The translations under genes were made by a program, and so were the position numbers. From Chrysomallon squamiferum (lineage: Eukaryota > Animalia > Mollusca), in NCBI GenBank assembly GCA_012295275.1, contig CM022665.1, forward strand, positions 17,980,001 through 18,044,000: 64,000 nucleotides of DNA. Direction: 5' to 3'. The notes beneath the pieces are model-generated. The model saw only the letters and a list, made by a program, of their open reading frames with translations, did no database searches and was not told the origin of the DNA. Numbering within the stretch: the first letter of the stretch is position 1; the number at the start of each line of letters is the position of its first letter. Positions 12,306-26,728 of the stretch are shown piece by piece.

Positions 12306-13566
12306 TATTGCCTTACATTATTAGTTTTTCTCATCCCCGGGTCATCCAGGATAAGCTGTCTGATATCCCATATGTCACAGATTATTTGACCATTGGTCAG
12401 TGGTCAGTGGAGATCTCAGTGATTATTCAGACTGGCTGACCATTCTTTGTACGAGAATGGTGACTTTGAACAAGTCGGAGATTACAGACATTATATTAAT
12501 TACAACACTGCAGGGATTCATTTGAGAAATTAAAATGGTCACCTCGACAAAGCCAGGACATTCTTGTTTTGTGTTCCATATTGATTGAGCAGACGGAATG
12601 GACCAGCTAATAAAACCCATCAGTTCTTTCTTTTTAATGTGGAAAGATTTCATGAAATTATTTTGTATTAAAGATTTTGTGCAGTTATGTGAAAGATTTT
12701 GTGGAATTATTTTGTGTGAATGATTTTGTGAAATTTTTTTTATGAAAGATTTCATAAAATTATTATTTATGAATGATAATAAGCCACATATAATATTCAT
12801 TTCTACATCAGTTATTTTTTCAGACATTCCCTTAATATATAGTTTTTTAATATCCACTATTTTTATCCATTATTTTTAGACATATTTACATCTACTGTTT
12901 CTGTCACGTTTATGTCAACTAATTTTCAGTTACCATTAATTTGATATATTCACCCCACCACCCACCAGTTACTTTTATGTTCTTTCCCAACTATTTTTAC
13001 ATTTCTGTTCCCAGCCATTATCTTCAGTTACTTCCCCCACCTGATGTTTTTACAGTTATTTTCAAAACATCATTTTTGCATTATCCAGCCCATGAATTTT
13101 ACATTTTCTCACAGAAACTATTTTTTATTTCTACACCAGTGTTTCACACTAACCTTTTCCTTCTAGTGTTTTGTGGTTAATGTCAGACACTTTCTTCAGT
13201 GCTATTCTATACTGCATGTTGTGAAGATAAATGTTGTCATTTCTGTTACATGTAAAATCTGCATATGTCATTATCTGTGTCTGATTGTCTGTGTGTGCAG
13301 TATCTGTTGCTGATAAATAATTTTAAAAATGAGTTTGTATGAGTAACAGATTCTCACAACTTCACACTCTGAAATAGAACAGTTTTTTTTGTTGTTTTAT
13401 TTTATTTTGTAACACATTTTTCTACAAACAAACAAAAATATAACCTGTAATAACTCAAAATTTATCTCTAACAAATGCTCATAACTTAAACACAGACCAA
13501 GGAACTGACATATATTCATGGGTGTAACCTACATAGATCCAGGGGTATAAACTATATAGATCCAGA

Positions 13567-13955
13567 CTAATTACTAAATATTATTTTTTAAATACAGTCA
13601 TTTCATTACTCGAGTAGATTAAAGTAGACTAAACAGTGAAGGATAAATACTAAATGCTAAATATTATTTTTTAAATAATCATTTTAAATTGAAGTAGACT
13701 AAAGTAGACTAAATAATGAAGGATAAAACAAACTAATTACTAAATATTATTTTTTAAATACAGTCATTTCATTACTCGAGTAGATTAAAGTAGACTAAAC
13801 AGTGAAGGATAAATACTAAATGCTAAATATTATTTTTTAAATAATCATTTTAAATTGAAGTAGACTAAAGTAGACTAAATAATGAAGGATAAAACAAACT
13901 AATTACTAAATATTATTTTCAAAATACAGACATTTTAAAATTCAGTAGACTAAAG
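13567..13955. repeat. 166-bp tandem duplication (2 identical copies + diverged partial), built from ~83-bp subunits
   Basis: ctaattactaaatattatttt starts at 13567, 13733 and 13899. Confidence 0.95.
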
Positions 13956-14834
13956 CTGACAGAAGTGGAGATGTTTACTGATATTTCAAACAGATGTAGA
14001 CATGGTGTCAAAGAGATATTTAACAAATACCAATAATAAATCAGAGCTGATAAGCTGCATATTTTAATCCAATGAAATTATTTCTATATTCTTTCTCTGT
14101 GTGAGCTATTTTGGGCAGTGATTACTTCTCCAGATCTTGTGTCAAATTACCAGATGAATTGGAATAGCCTACAATGATGGTCAATGCTATATGAAACCGG
14201 ATGGAGATATCACCATACTGAAACTTACTTTTGTTTCTTAATGGTAGAGTAGCTGTCTCAGAAATGTTTGGTTAGAGGATCTGTCCTTGTAGCCAAAGCT
14301 CTTGTATAAAAAGCTGTGGTTTGTGCTTTCATGTGTGTAGGAAATTTTATTTGAAACTTTCTGGTAGAATAGTTTGTGGAATGATGATAGTGAGGTTCCT
14401 GTCTTTTATTATCATCATAAAATAATATATGAACACCTAACAGCCACTGATAGAAATGTTAGTTGAGGTGTCATTTAAACAATATTTATTTGTTCATTTA
14501 TCCATCCATCTGTCACTTCATCTGTCCATTTGTTTGTGCATCCTCCTCTGCAATGTATATAGTCCAAATACTTTTCCATTAATAAATATTAATATAAAAG
14601 TTTATTTAGGTGTCATTAGATGACTACAGTATGATTGTTCATTTATTCATCCATCAGTATATCCATTCATCAGTTTGTTCATCCATCTGTCTATCTGTTC
14701 ATCCATCTATCAGTTTATCCTTTCATTCTTTGACTCCAGTTTCTCCTAACAGCTCATTTAACTAAAAAAAAAAAAAATAATAATAAAAATAAATACATTC
14801 AAATAAATAATAAATAAATAAATTAATAAATAAT

Positions 14835-14893
<59 letters not shown>

Positions 14894-15119
14894 TAATAAT
14901 GTAACAAACTAAAATACATTCTTCCTCTTCCTGGCTATTCCACACCTCTGTAGAGCATACACCTGTCATGAGTTGTTACTACAGGTTCAGTGAAATTAAA
15001 GACGATTTTTAATTCAGAGTTTCATGACTGAGTGACCACGCCATGTGTTTTGATCCACTGCCTGTCACAGCTCACTTAATCTCCCCATTAAGAAGTATAA
15101 TTACCTGTGAATGATGGGT

Positions 15120-15120
15120 A

Positions 15121-15152
<32 letters not shown>

Positions 15153-15460
15153 TCTGTCTCTCTGTCTCTCTCTCTGTCAGTCTGTCTATCCCCCCCCCTC
15201 TCTCTCTTGCTCTCTGTCTGTCCATCTCTCTCTCTCTCTATCTGGGTGTGTGTCTGTGTTTATGTATGTGTGCATACATGCATATCTCTCTCCCTTCTCA
15301 TGTCTCTTTCTCTGTATCTCTCTCCTTTCCTCTCTATATATCTCTTTCAAATATCTCTAATTATCTCTCTTTTCCTCTCACTCTCTCTCACTCTCTCTCT
15401 ATCTCTTTCCCTATCACTGTCTATTTCTCTCTTTCTATCTCTCTCTCCCTCTCCCTCAGT
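15120..15460. repeat. CT-rich low-complexity tract
   Basis: Direct reading. Confidence 0.85.
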
Positions 15461-17909
15461 CTCCATCACATTCTATTTCTGAAAACACCTTGTACTGGAC
15501 CTAAGATGTTCCTTTAAATTGATCACCTGTGGAAAAGCTTTTTTTTTTTTTTTTTTAAATAGTGTTGGCAGCTGAGATGTCAAATGGTTAACGAGTAGGT
15601 TTGTAAATCAGATTGAAGATAAAAAAAAAAATTCTCTGATTGGATGGAGAGAGTCGGACACAAAGTTTTTACCATTCTGTTTGTTCAGAGACAGGTAAAG
15701 AGAGAGGAATTCATGGACATCTAATCTTGTGTGTTGTTAGTTATTTGTTTGGAATTATATACCATAAGCAGTGTGTAGAAACAAAATGGTGAGAATTAGC
15801 TGATATTTTATTTTGGAATTATATTATAAAAATGTTAAATAAAAGTGCTATTATTTCATAAATTTGTTAATTAACTGAGATATGTATAATAAATATATTA
15901 ATCAATTGAGTTATTGCAATTAAATAAAACAATTTCAGGATGAATAATTATTTCATTTTGATATTTATACAGCTATAGAGAAGAATTATTGTATAAGTTA
16001 TATGAAAATTTCATCAGCTATGTAAATATCTCTGTTACATACATGGTAACTTCACTAGAAAAATATCACCACTTATACAGAGATATTTAATCATTTGATA
16101 AGAGATATTTAATCATTATTCATCATTTGTGAAGAAATTGCTATCTTTTATATAGAGAATTTCACCAGTGGTATAAATATCTCTATCATAATCTTCCAAT
16201 TTTAATTCCATAGAGATATCTTATTATTTTACAGAGAACTTCATTATTTGTGAAGAATTTCACTATCTATTATAGATCTCTGTTTTACCGAAATCTTCAA
16301 ATCTTAATATACAGGAATATATAACCATTATATAAAAATACCCACAACTTACACAGAGATATGAAGTTGTTAAATAGAGAATTTAACCAATTGTGTAGAA
16401 ATGTCTGTTGTATAGAGAATGCCAGGTATTTTAACAAAGCGCACTATAAAGGAAGTTTTGGTAGTGGTTTTCTTCACCTGTACTCTTTTATGTAAAATAG
16501 ACTGTTTACTTTTTCAGTTTTCTACAGTTTCTCATCATAGTTTTAAACATTGTTTGTAGGCTGAACACATTCCTGGCTTCATTAGCCTCATTTTTATTGG
16601 ATGTTTTCATCATATGTTTCTTCTGTTTTCTGTTTGTTAAACTGATTTTGATTGGTTATTTCTTGTTACATACTTCTCCACATTTCTCTGACTATTGTTA
16701 ACCTAGATTCCGAATTTTTATTTTTATTTCATTTATTTAAAAATGTTTTACTTTATTTCTGAGCAATGACAGAATGACAGAGAAAGAGAGACAGAGTAAA
16801 ATAGTGAGAGAAAAAGAGAGTGAAATAGAATGAGAGAGAGAAAGAGAGACAAAGTGAAATAGAGTGAGAGAAAGAGAGAGAGGGAGAGAGAAAAATTCAG
16901 TTGTTTATTTCTAAATCTTACTTTCATGTATTATTTTACTTTAGTCTAAATTCCTCAATACACTTTGTTAAAATTCAAAAAGTCTGTTGGGTCAATTAAT
17001 TTTTTATTTCTTTCATTGAAATTTTAATTTTTTCTGCATCATTAAACCATTACTATCTTATCATTATTTTATCTTTACCATCATAAAATCAAATAATAAT
17101 TCAAAATTCCTGTCCACTGTTTTGAAGGCATAAAGCCATATTTTATTTAGTTAATGACCTTTTGATTAAATAACAGTATCTAAAAGATTATTTTTAAAAA
17201 TCAAAATGATAAATGTACTAATTTTATTATCATTATTACTCATAATGAAAAAAAAAAAAAAAAAAAAAAACCCACATTATTCCCATTATTTTGAAAAACA
17301 AAATCCATACAGCATTGAGAAAATAAAAATTAATAAAATCATAAATCTGACAGAAATGATATGATTGAACGATCGTAATAAAAAAAATCAATCAGGTACT
17401 GGACTGGAAGGTTTGATACTGAAGAGTTTAAAACCATTACTAAGTGATTTCCAGCTGTGAGTTAAAATGGCTTTCAAATTTCATGTTATCAGTCATTGTA
17501 AAAAATCACTGATCACTGAAAAATTACATGTTTATTGTTATCACTGACAGAAACAGTGATGTGAGAAATACACAGTTTTATCATATGTATCTGTCATATA
17601 TCTGTTAAATATGTGTTTATATATGTTACATATACATATTACATGTCTGATATATATTTATCTGGTATATATTGGTTATATATATGTCTGTTATATATAA
17701 ACTTCCAGGATTGGTTTAGGTTGTTTTAATCTTAACGATGATATTTGTTTATCATTTCTGTCATTTTTTAGATTAAAAACAGCTTAGTTATTGGAATTAT
17801 TCTATAAAGATATATACTTTCCTAAATCTTTATTTTGCATATGGCTTCCTTAGAAATGTCTGAGATAAAAAAAAATTACACCGACAAAATGAATCTATTG
17901 TGTCCAAAT

Positions 17910-18179
17910 ACTACAACTGCTATTACTACCCTGCAACTTGTACTGCTACTACTATAACTATTAATATTACTACTAATACTACTTTTGCAACTACTAGTAG
18001 TACTACTACTACTACTAATAATAATGATGATGATGATGATGATAATGATGATATTGATGACAATAATGATGAAGATGGTGGTGATATTAACTATGATGAT
18101 GATGATAATGATTATGAAAATAATAAATCTTCTCATCTAAAGGAAAGCCAACAGCAACACATTAATACAGGATTGATTT

Positions 18180-18269
<90 letters not shown>
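17910..18269. repeat. Compound (ACT)/(AAT)/(GAT) trinucleotide tract followed by (GA)n at 18184-18269
   Basis: Direct reading. Confidence 0.9.
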
Positions 18270-18274
<5 letters not shown>

Positions 18275-19473
18275 CTATATTTAAAAAACCTTTCAACTGT
18301 ATTTACTTTCTGACCTCTTACTACATCATTATGGTTGATGCATCATGTAAAAAAAAAAACATATATATATGTAGGCTATATATCCATCATTGCTTCTTTA
18401 CATATCATAAGCTGGTTCAAAATTGCTGGAGTCTTTCTGTGGTAGTTTTTGCACACAGAATCTATACAACCCTTATTTGGAATTCCATAAACACTTGTAA
18501 ATGGCAAAGAAGACCAACAGAAATGTGCCATTAACTAGGCAAATCACAACTTCATTTGTGTACAAACTACAGTTCGGCTTTCAAACTAGAGGAAACTGCC
18601 ATAAATGCAGATAATTATAGGTTAGGTGGGGGAAAAGAGGAAAGAAGAATATATCAAAAAAAGAAGATGGGGAAAAAGGCAAATGGAGAAAGTAGGAGAA
18701 TAAATGAGATGGAATCTTACAGAAATTTAATTTTTTTTTTTTTTTTAAAGTAAAGGAAAGAAAAAAGGAATTCAGGTTATTAGTGAAATATTTAAAATAA
18801 AAATAAAAATTGTGTTTTATATTTATTTATACCAGTTGTTACAATATGAAAAAGGCCAACAAAAAAACCCCAAACAAACAAGGAGAGTGGAAAAACAGTT
18901 AATTTGTTGTTGGAGTTATTTTTAAAGATGGTGCATATTTTTTTCCCTTGGTTTATCTTTCATTGCATAACTCAGATGGATTTATGAGTGCTATGTCACG
19001 CTGGCAAGACTGCATATGAGTTTGGTTTCTTTTTAAAAACAAAAATAAAAATAGAAGCAACCACTCTCACTGCACCTTATCACTGATCATTTCTGCAGCC
19101 ATTTGTTAATGATCTGATTAATCATCTCCATTTTTTCTCTCTCTCTTTCTCACATTTTCTTTTTTCTTTTTTATTATTCAGATAAAAAAATTTCCCTAAT
19201 ATTTTTATTTTCATGCTGATATAACAGCAGTGTAAAATTTCTCAGTATTTTTAGATACTCTTTCCCAAATTAGTGTTTATGTCTGATACTCAATACCAAT
19301 GTCAGCCATTTTTAGTCTCTATAAACAGACACTGTTATGCACTGATGGATAATAAATTGCGAGGTGTTAGTTTCTACTCTCAGTAAACTCAATTTATAAC
19401 ATTCTTTTCTCTGACTGCCAGCTGACAGAGGAAGACAAAAAATGATAAAAATTGTCTTGAGAATTTTCTCTTG

Positions 19474-19510
<37 letters not shown>

Positions 19511-21279
19511 CATAGGTGTATGTAGAAAGTTTAGTTTTTATCATGGCTGAACTAATAATATATATGTGAACACAAACTCTTTCCTGAGCCAGGAATGTTA
19601 TACTCAGTGGGTTCATTCAGGTGTATTGAGGGTTCAATGGGAAAAAGACTGAGTTTGAAAATTCTGTGTATTAAAGCTTGGTAATTTTTTACCAAATTAT
19701 TTTCCCATGGCTTTAGACAAATTTAAAGAATAATAATAATAATTATTACATCAATATTTTAATGTTTTGACTGGAAATCTATATTATTTTATTAATTTTA
19801 TATTATATGTTATTTATTTTATATGTTAAATCAAAAGAGAAAGGTACTAGATCCAGCTTTTAATCTATGCTTCTTCAATAAATCTGTTATGGAGTTATCA
19901 ATTTTAACTTGTTAAAGCACGCCTAGCATAGATTACTCTTTTTTTACTTTAATTGTTTTGTTTATTTTATATTATATATCATTTATTTTATAGACTGAAA
20001 TGAAGTTTCTAATTTTAACTTGTTCAAGCACGCCTATCATGGTTTGCTCTTTAATTTATCAGTAATCATGCACTCTGAGATTCATATCAGTCTTATTCTT
20101 CAGCTTTTCAACCTTGTTTTTCATGTACCTACTCTCATTACTAGATAAGATTAATAACATAACTTTAAAGCATGCACAAACATACAAAAAACCTAGAACA
20201 CATCAACTTATTAAAAATAATATGTTAAAATTAAAAAAAGGGAAAAGACTCACTTTTAGGTCATGAAAACAAAATTATAAAAATAGAATAAAAATTTAAA
20301 AAATAAAAATAATAAAGTATTTGTTTAGTGGTCTCTCTTAATCCACCCAGAATTATTCTTCTTGTTACAGCTATTTAAAGATCCTGTTTCTAAGCTTTGA
20401 CAAATGTTACAAAATCCTTGAGGAGTTTTAAATGTAATATTTAAAAACCTTTTTTAATGATGGAATGAGTTCATTTGTAAATATTTTATATCTGCTTTAT
20501 TTAATGCGGGTTTATCTTGCTGTAGATGCTTTTATATCTGTATACATACACTTTTAGATTTATATGTATATATTTATTTAAAATATCTCAGAAAGATATA
20601 AAGATAGATTTATCCATATACCCACCCACACACCTGCACACACATTTATACAGAGATACATACACACATACATATACACAATACGTATTTACATGAATTA
20701 CAAAAATTACATACACTCACATACACACAAAAATACATACATATATATATATACAGACAAGCACACAAACATGCACACAAACACACGCACATTTAATGAC
20801 ATAACAACTTATATCCAGTACTATTAACTGGCATAAAGAATATTTGTACAGTGAGATCTGTAGTGTATTTTTAGTGTTGAACCTTGAAATTGTCATAAAA
20901 CCATTCCATGCATGATTTCTTTTCTGTTTTCTTGTGTCAGAGTCCTAAACATAATAAACATGAATTTGTAATGTAATATTGTCTACCTTTTTAATATAAA
21001 TCTTTTCACATAGCTGTTTTTCACTAGGGTATGTAATATACATCATACTCTACACAGATTTGTGAGTTACATACGTTTTTTCCCAGTAAGTACAGATATA
21101 TCTTTTCAGACTTACACTGTCAGGTGCTTTATCGTTTATGTCTGGATTTAGCTGGGTGTTAATAGCAGAATGTGTGTATTTAAAGATAGAGGAAGTTTAT
21201 TGATAGCTGTATTTTTTTATTTTATGTTTTATATATATATCTGTGTGAATATGTATATGGTTGTCTGTGAGAGAAAATA

Positions 21280-21327
<48 letters not shown>

Positions 21328-21760
21328 TCAGAGCATGTGTCCATAAGAAAAAGGAATGAGGAAGGATAGAAAGATAGAGGAAGGGAAAGAAAGATAAAGG
21401 GGAGAAAAGGAGGGAGGTAGAGAAAGTGAGACTGAAAGTATGTGATAATAAAAGTTAAAGATATTTTAGTTAGACTTGATTAATATTAAATATTTATAAC
21501 TTTTGGCTTTGAGATAAACTTTGTTCTGTGTTTTCCATTAGCATCGCAATTTTCTTTATATATACCTTCTTCTAGATGGGACAGTACACTATGAATATAT
21601 ATAAGTGTGTGTATATATATCTATATACATATAGAAAGATCGATAAATAGATAGTTTTATATATATATATATATGTATGTATGGGTATATACCGACATGT
21701 ACATATATTTATAACCTATGTTATGTATATAATCACTGACTGATGTTGTTGTCCTTGCAG

Positions 21761-21851
21761 AAGATGTACAAACTTGAGAAGAGGTTGCCAGTGTGGTTGA
21801 TGTGTATTATACTAGCTGTGTGTCTTTCATTTGGATTTAAATCTGCTCAAG
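21761..21851 (+). CDS. Signal-peptide-coding exon of a large secreted/membrane protein gene (K-MYKLEKRLPVWLMCIILAVCLSFGFKSAQ + G, phase-1 end)
   Basis: Branch-like CTGAC at 21736-21740, acceptor ttgttgtccttgcag ending 21760, ATG at 21764, donor CAAG|GTGAGT at 21852. The translation has a basic n-region, a ~17-residue hydrophobic core and a small-residue c-region. A phase-1 intron after a signal peptide is typical of metazoan extracellular proteins. Confidence 0.8.
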
Positions 21852-21974
21852 GTGAGTACTCACAATTCACAAACTCAAAACTCACAACTCAGAGAACTTT
21901 CATTTTGGGTGAGCTTGCAGATAAACCAAAACACAGCCTGAATACTGCATCTCTCAATACCCTTACACATTTTA

Positions 21975-22330
21975 TTGTCTTAAATATATACCACACACTG
22001 TGCACTCTAAATATTTCTTTGCAGTGTATCTCCTATTCCTATTTGTTTCTGTTGTAATAGAAATGTTAGTTTACATACATGTATCCCTAAATACACCACA
22101 CACAGTCCCCTCTAAATTTCTCCTTGCTGCATACCTCCCATGGATATTTATTTCCATTGTTTATACATGCATCCCTAAATACACACACACTCATTATATC
22201 CTTAAATATATATCACAAATTGCACCCTCTAAATCTCTCCTTTAGTCTATCTCCTGTGCATTCCTGATGTCCATTTATGTCCTTAAATATATACCACACA
22301 TTGCACCCTCTCGTGGAGGTCTAAATCTCA
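21975..22330. repeat. Degenerate ~80-110-bp tandem repeat just 3' of the signal exon
   Basis: Recurring (c)taaatata(t/c)accacaca...ccctctaaat...ctcc near 21980, 22087, 22201 and 22282. Confidence 0.7.
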
Positions 22331-24290
22331 TGTTAGTATATATCAACAGATTTTCATTCTTTCATATAGATTGATGTATATTTGTTTTTCTGTGGTGATC
22401 TTGGTAAAGTTGCTACATGTGAGTTTTTTTTAAAAAGATTTTGTCAAAAAAAATCAAGATGAGTGGAAAAAAGAAAGTTAATAGAGGTGAAATGAATTTC
22501 TCACTTTGTAAAACAGCCATTTTACAATATTTTACTTTAACCTTTTAGCAGAGAAATGTGGAATGGAAAACTTGAGTTAATGTTCTTTTTTTTCCTCTTC
22601 TTTTTTTTTTTTTTTTTTTTAAGCACTTATGTTTATATATTAATATACTTATGTATGTGTTTATTTGTATGTGTATTAATATTTGCTATGTAGGTATGTA
22701 TGTATGCATACATGTATATGAATCTCTATGTGTCTCTATGCGTATGTGTGTGTGTGTGTTTATACCTAAATCACTCATTAGTAATGCAATAAACAACAAA
22801 CATAAAAAAAAACATTTGCACTAATTTCATGTTCAACTGTGTTTTATGACATAAATTTCCCGAACATCAGCTACAGATATAACCCAATAAATGAGCAGTG
22901 TTAAATGTGTGTCTGCCACATTTGTCATATATGTCCCTGGAGACACATTTCCGTATAACCACATACGATGCATGTCATGTAATTTTCTACTTCATAGGCA
23001 ATGTGGTATGGGGGGAAACCACAGGGGAATTGAAAATGTAAAACTGAAACATCATTGGAATTTATAAATGCATGTATTTACATACATACTTGTGAATTTT
23101 TTATGGGGTTCTTTTTTAAAGGTTTTTTTGTTTGTTTGTTTGTTTATATTTGTTTTTGTTTGTCTGCATATTTCATTTTCTAAATTTATTTTTATGTTTA
23201 TACTTTTATTTGTTTATTTATATGTAATATATTATTTATTTTATTTTATATTTATATATTGATGTATGCATGTATGTATGTATTTAGTTGGATATTTGTA
23301 TATCTTATTTATTTATTTATATATTGACTGTTTATTTATACACATATTTTTTTTATGCATGTATTTAGTTGTATATATTATTTATTTATTTACTTATTTA
23401 TTATGTGGTTTAAACGACACAACTGAAAAACTTTGATTTAATCTATTTTATAAAGCCAAAATATTTTTTGTCATTATTTTTTTTTTCAAACATTTTTTAT
23501 TTTATATTACATATACTCCCATCTAGAGCCTAATCTTCCAAGTTACTAAAATAAAGAACTAAACAAAGCTGATATCAGTAAACAAAAACCTGTTATTTCC
23601 AGATCCTCTTTAATCAGAACAGTAATACTGCTATACAGAGAAGACTGTATCAGAATCTCAGAACTCTTTTATATTTTGTTTTGTCTATACTATGGAGCAA
23701 TGTATTGAAAAATCAATCACACACCTTTTTTTGAAATTCTTGGTCCTGCCATTTCTTAAAAAGGTGTGTAATAAACTAGTATAGTAAAGAGAGAAATGTC
23801 TGTTTCTGGAGTCACTGAATATTCATGAGTGTTATAGCAGATAATCTTTACACACATTGAACTGTGAATATTCTTTTGTAATGTAAAAATATATTCATTA
23901 ACTTTTTTTGGGAAGGTATATGTATATGAAAGATATGTTACTAAGAAATACGTGTTTGTGTATGTATAAAGTATATTCATGCAAATGTATTTTTACATTA
24001 CAGTAATGTCAAAGTATCAGTGTAAAAAAAAAAAATTACAAGATCATTTCAACCCTTATAAATGTAATACCCAAATAAAAATGTTTCCAGACAAAACAGT
24101 TTACTCTGAAAAAACATAATGTTCAAATTAAATATGTCCACACAAGTCACTGGCTTCTATTAACAAAGAAGAAATATCATTGTTATTTTGCTGAGGATTT
24201 TCATGCAAAGGTCCTCAGGTTCAAATCTGCTCAATGCTAAATTAATCACGTTATTAATTTTCAAGCCTATCACTGACAACAACTAAACAC

Positions 24291-24312
24291 CACGTGGCTG
24301 TTGCTAGGTAAC
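24291..24312. promoter_or_regulatory. E-box CACGTG plus RFX X-box GTTGCTAGGTAAC
   Basis: CACGTG at 24291-24296, three bp from an X-box at 24300-24312. Confidence 0.45.
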
Positions 24313-24724
24313 CAAAGTGTGATTTCATTTAATTGTTCCTTTGAGTATGACAAAGAAATATTATTATGTCATATTTTAGAGTTATGTTTTGTTGTGTTAA
24401 AATATGTTTCACAATTTTTTTACCTCACAGAAAGCTGCCTGAGGAAATGAGTCATTAAACTGTATTGCATTTTATTTCAATAAATCCAATTACAATAATA
24501 ATTTAGACAGTTTAAATGAAGTACTAATATTTTGACCACACTGTAACACATTTTGTAGCAGTAGTTGTCAGGCATCATTGAAACAGTTCTTTTTTATAGG
24601 TTGAGAAAAGAAAAACACTGCCACTGTAGACTGGTTGACTGTTACTGATACCAGCAACAGTTCTTTTAAATACTTTTATAAACCAGAAAGGACATACCAT
24701 TGTAATGGCAACTCTATTACAAAG

Positions 24725-24925
24725 ATTATTATTATTATTATTATTATTATTGTTATTATTGTTATTGTTATTGTTGTTGTTGTTATCATTATTATTATTA
24801 CTATTACTTCTACTACTACTACTACTATTATTATTATTATTACTACTACACTACTGCTACTGCTATTACTGCTGCTACTACAACCATTATTACTACTACT
24901 ACTACTACTACTACTCTACTACTAA
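24725..24925. repeat. (ATT)/(GTT)/(ACT) trinucleotide tract
   Basis: Direct reading. Confidence 0.9.
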
Positions 24926-24983
24926 TTTATTCTTTTATTCTATACTTAAGTTTACACCAAACATAAAAATACACCAAAAATTA

Positions 24984-25018
<35 letters not shown>

Positions 25019-25140
25019 CCTTTTTTTTTTAAAGAAATCATATAAAACATAAACTTCATCAACACTACAACACACAAAGAATCGATTCACAATTAGAAAA
25101 CTTTTGAATCCAAAAATGTAAATCAATTCCTTGTCAAACA

Positions 25141-25640
25141 CGTCCAGCCTTGAGCTGCTGATATTTATAACAGTTTAATCATACGTCTGTTTGTCCGACT
25201 GTACCACAAGTTAACAGCAAGACGCGCTGTTGAATATTCATGATATACCATCTCAGTACAATACACTCGCTTACTGCATGTCGCTGGGCATTTTAATTTT
25301 TAATTAACGAAGTAAATTATTCAGTTCAGACGGCAGGGGTGTTTTGTCAAGTGTGAAGAGATGGTCAGAGAATAAATCAGAGAGCGAATCAAGAATGAAT
25401 CAATTGTTGTAATGATTCTTTAGTGAAAAGCAAAGTCATGTTCTTCTTGTAGAATTTCTAAGTCAAATACAGACTCGGTGTGTGGTGTCGTGACAACAAC
25501 AATGAAACGTGGGACGGGAAATTTGTTTTCTGTCCTGTAATAGACTCATTCCTGTTGAATTACATTGGGGTCCGTCTCCTCTCCTCATAACAGCCTGTGG
25601 CTGGGGTGGCGTGGAGGAGTGGAGAATTAAAGGAGGAGTT
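25141..25640. promoter_or_regulatory. Intronic CpG-retaining island (candidate enhancer or alternative promoter)
   Basis: About 16 CpGs in 500 bp by eye, higher GC and complexity than the flanks, no convincing ORF. Confidence 0.45.
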
Positions 25641-25784
25641 TTGATTTTTTCCTTCTTTTTGTTTATGATTAATTGTTTTTACTTTTTTAAATACTGCCAT
25701 TTCTAAATTTTATTTATTTTATCTTTTATTTATTTATTTGTTTATTTTATTATATTTTATTTAATTTAATATATTTATTAATTT

Positions 25785-25815
<31 letters not shown>

Positions 25816-26728
25816 AAAATATTATTATTATTATTATTATTTATTTTTTATACATACTTAAAATATCCCTTGGATGATGGAAAATAATGGAGAAGTTTAA
25901 ATTTTTCTATAATGAATCTTTTCTACTTTTAAAATTTTTCCAGTGTCTTTCTTTTTATTTTTATATTTTAATTTTTTTTTTTGGATCCATACATACAAAA
26001 TTTAGGTAAAAATTTTATTATTTTTGTTTTTCCCCTGTGGTGATCATTATAATGAAAATCTTTGAAATTAGAATAAAATTAATTATTTCTGTTAGAATTA
26101 ATGAGATACAGATAATGGATGCTACAGAGTTTAATTAATGATCTTTGAAAAAAAAAAAAGACACTAATATCAATATTTTATTTTATTTTGTTTTTTCTGA
26201 TTTAGTTACTGTAAAAATAATAAAAATATATGCTAGTTTATGCCTTCTGTTATCTATTTGAGATTTGTGATATCAGTTATATGATATAATAATATAATAT
26301 ATGTAACAATGATCTTTATGATATTACCCGATACTGCATAACATATAATATGACATTATATCATTACATGGAACATAAAATGATATAACAAAAATCATTA
26401 CTGTCTGACCAAAGTTCATATAATCAATACATTATTTACACTAAGTTTTCAGAATTTTAATTGGCAGGTGGCTGTATTTGAAAGTTGTTTTTTTATGTAA
26501 ACATTTAATAATGTAACTACTTTCCTGAAGCTTACAGGGTAAGGTATGGATTACAAAATATCTGACTGGATTATCAAGTGTATTAAGTCAAAATTTGTTA
26601 TAATGAATAACTACAGGTTCAACTGATAAAGTTAAGACTGTGGGAATCAGGATGATAGATTTTGTATTAAAATAATAATAATAAATAAATGGTATTACTA
26701 TACAAATATATCAAATTTATTGATTATA

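Noticed and set aside
19478-19521. Recursive site poly-T-CATAG|GTGTAT (also 4097, 28993, 52206, 55292)
   Set aside because: The regenerated donors are weak, and poly-T runs make such matches common.
21764-21851. Assigning a gene name (L1/neuroglian, LAR-type PTP, ligand-gated channel etc.)
   Set aside because: Only a signal peptide is visible, and it is not diagnostic of any family.
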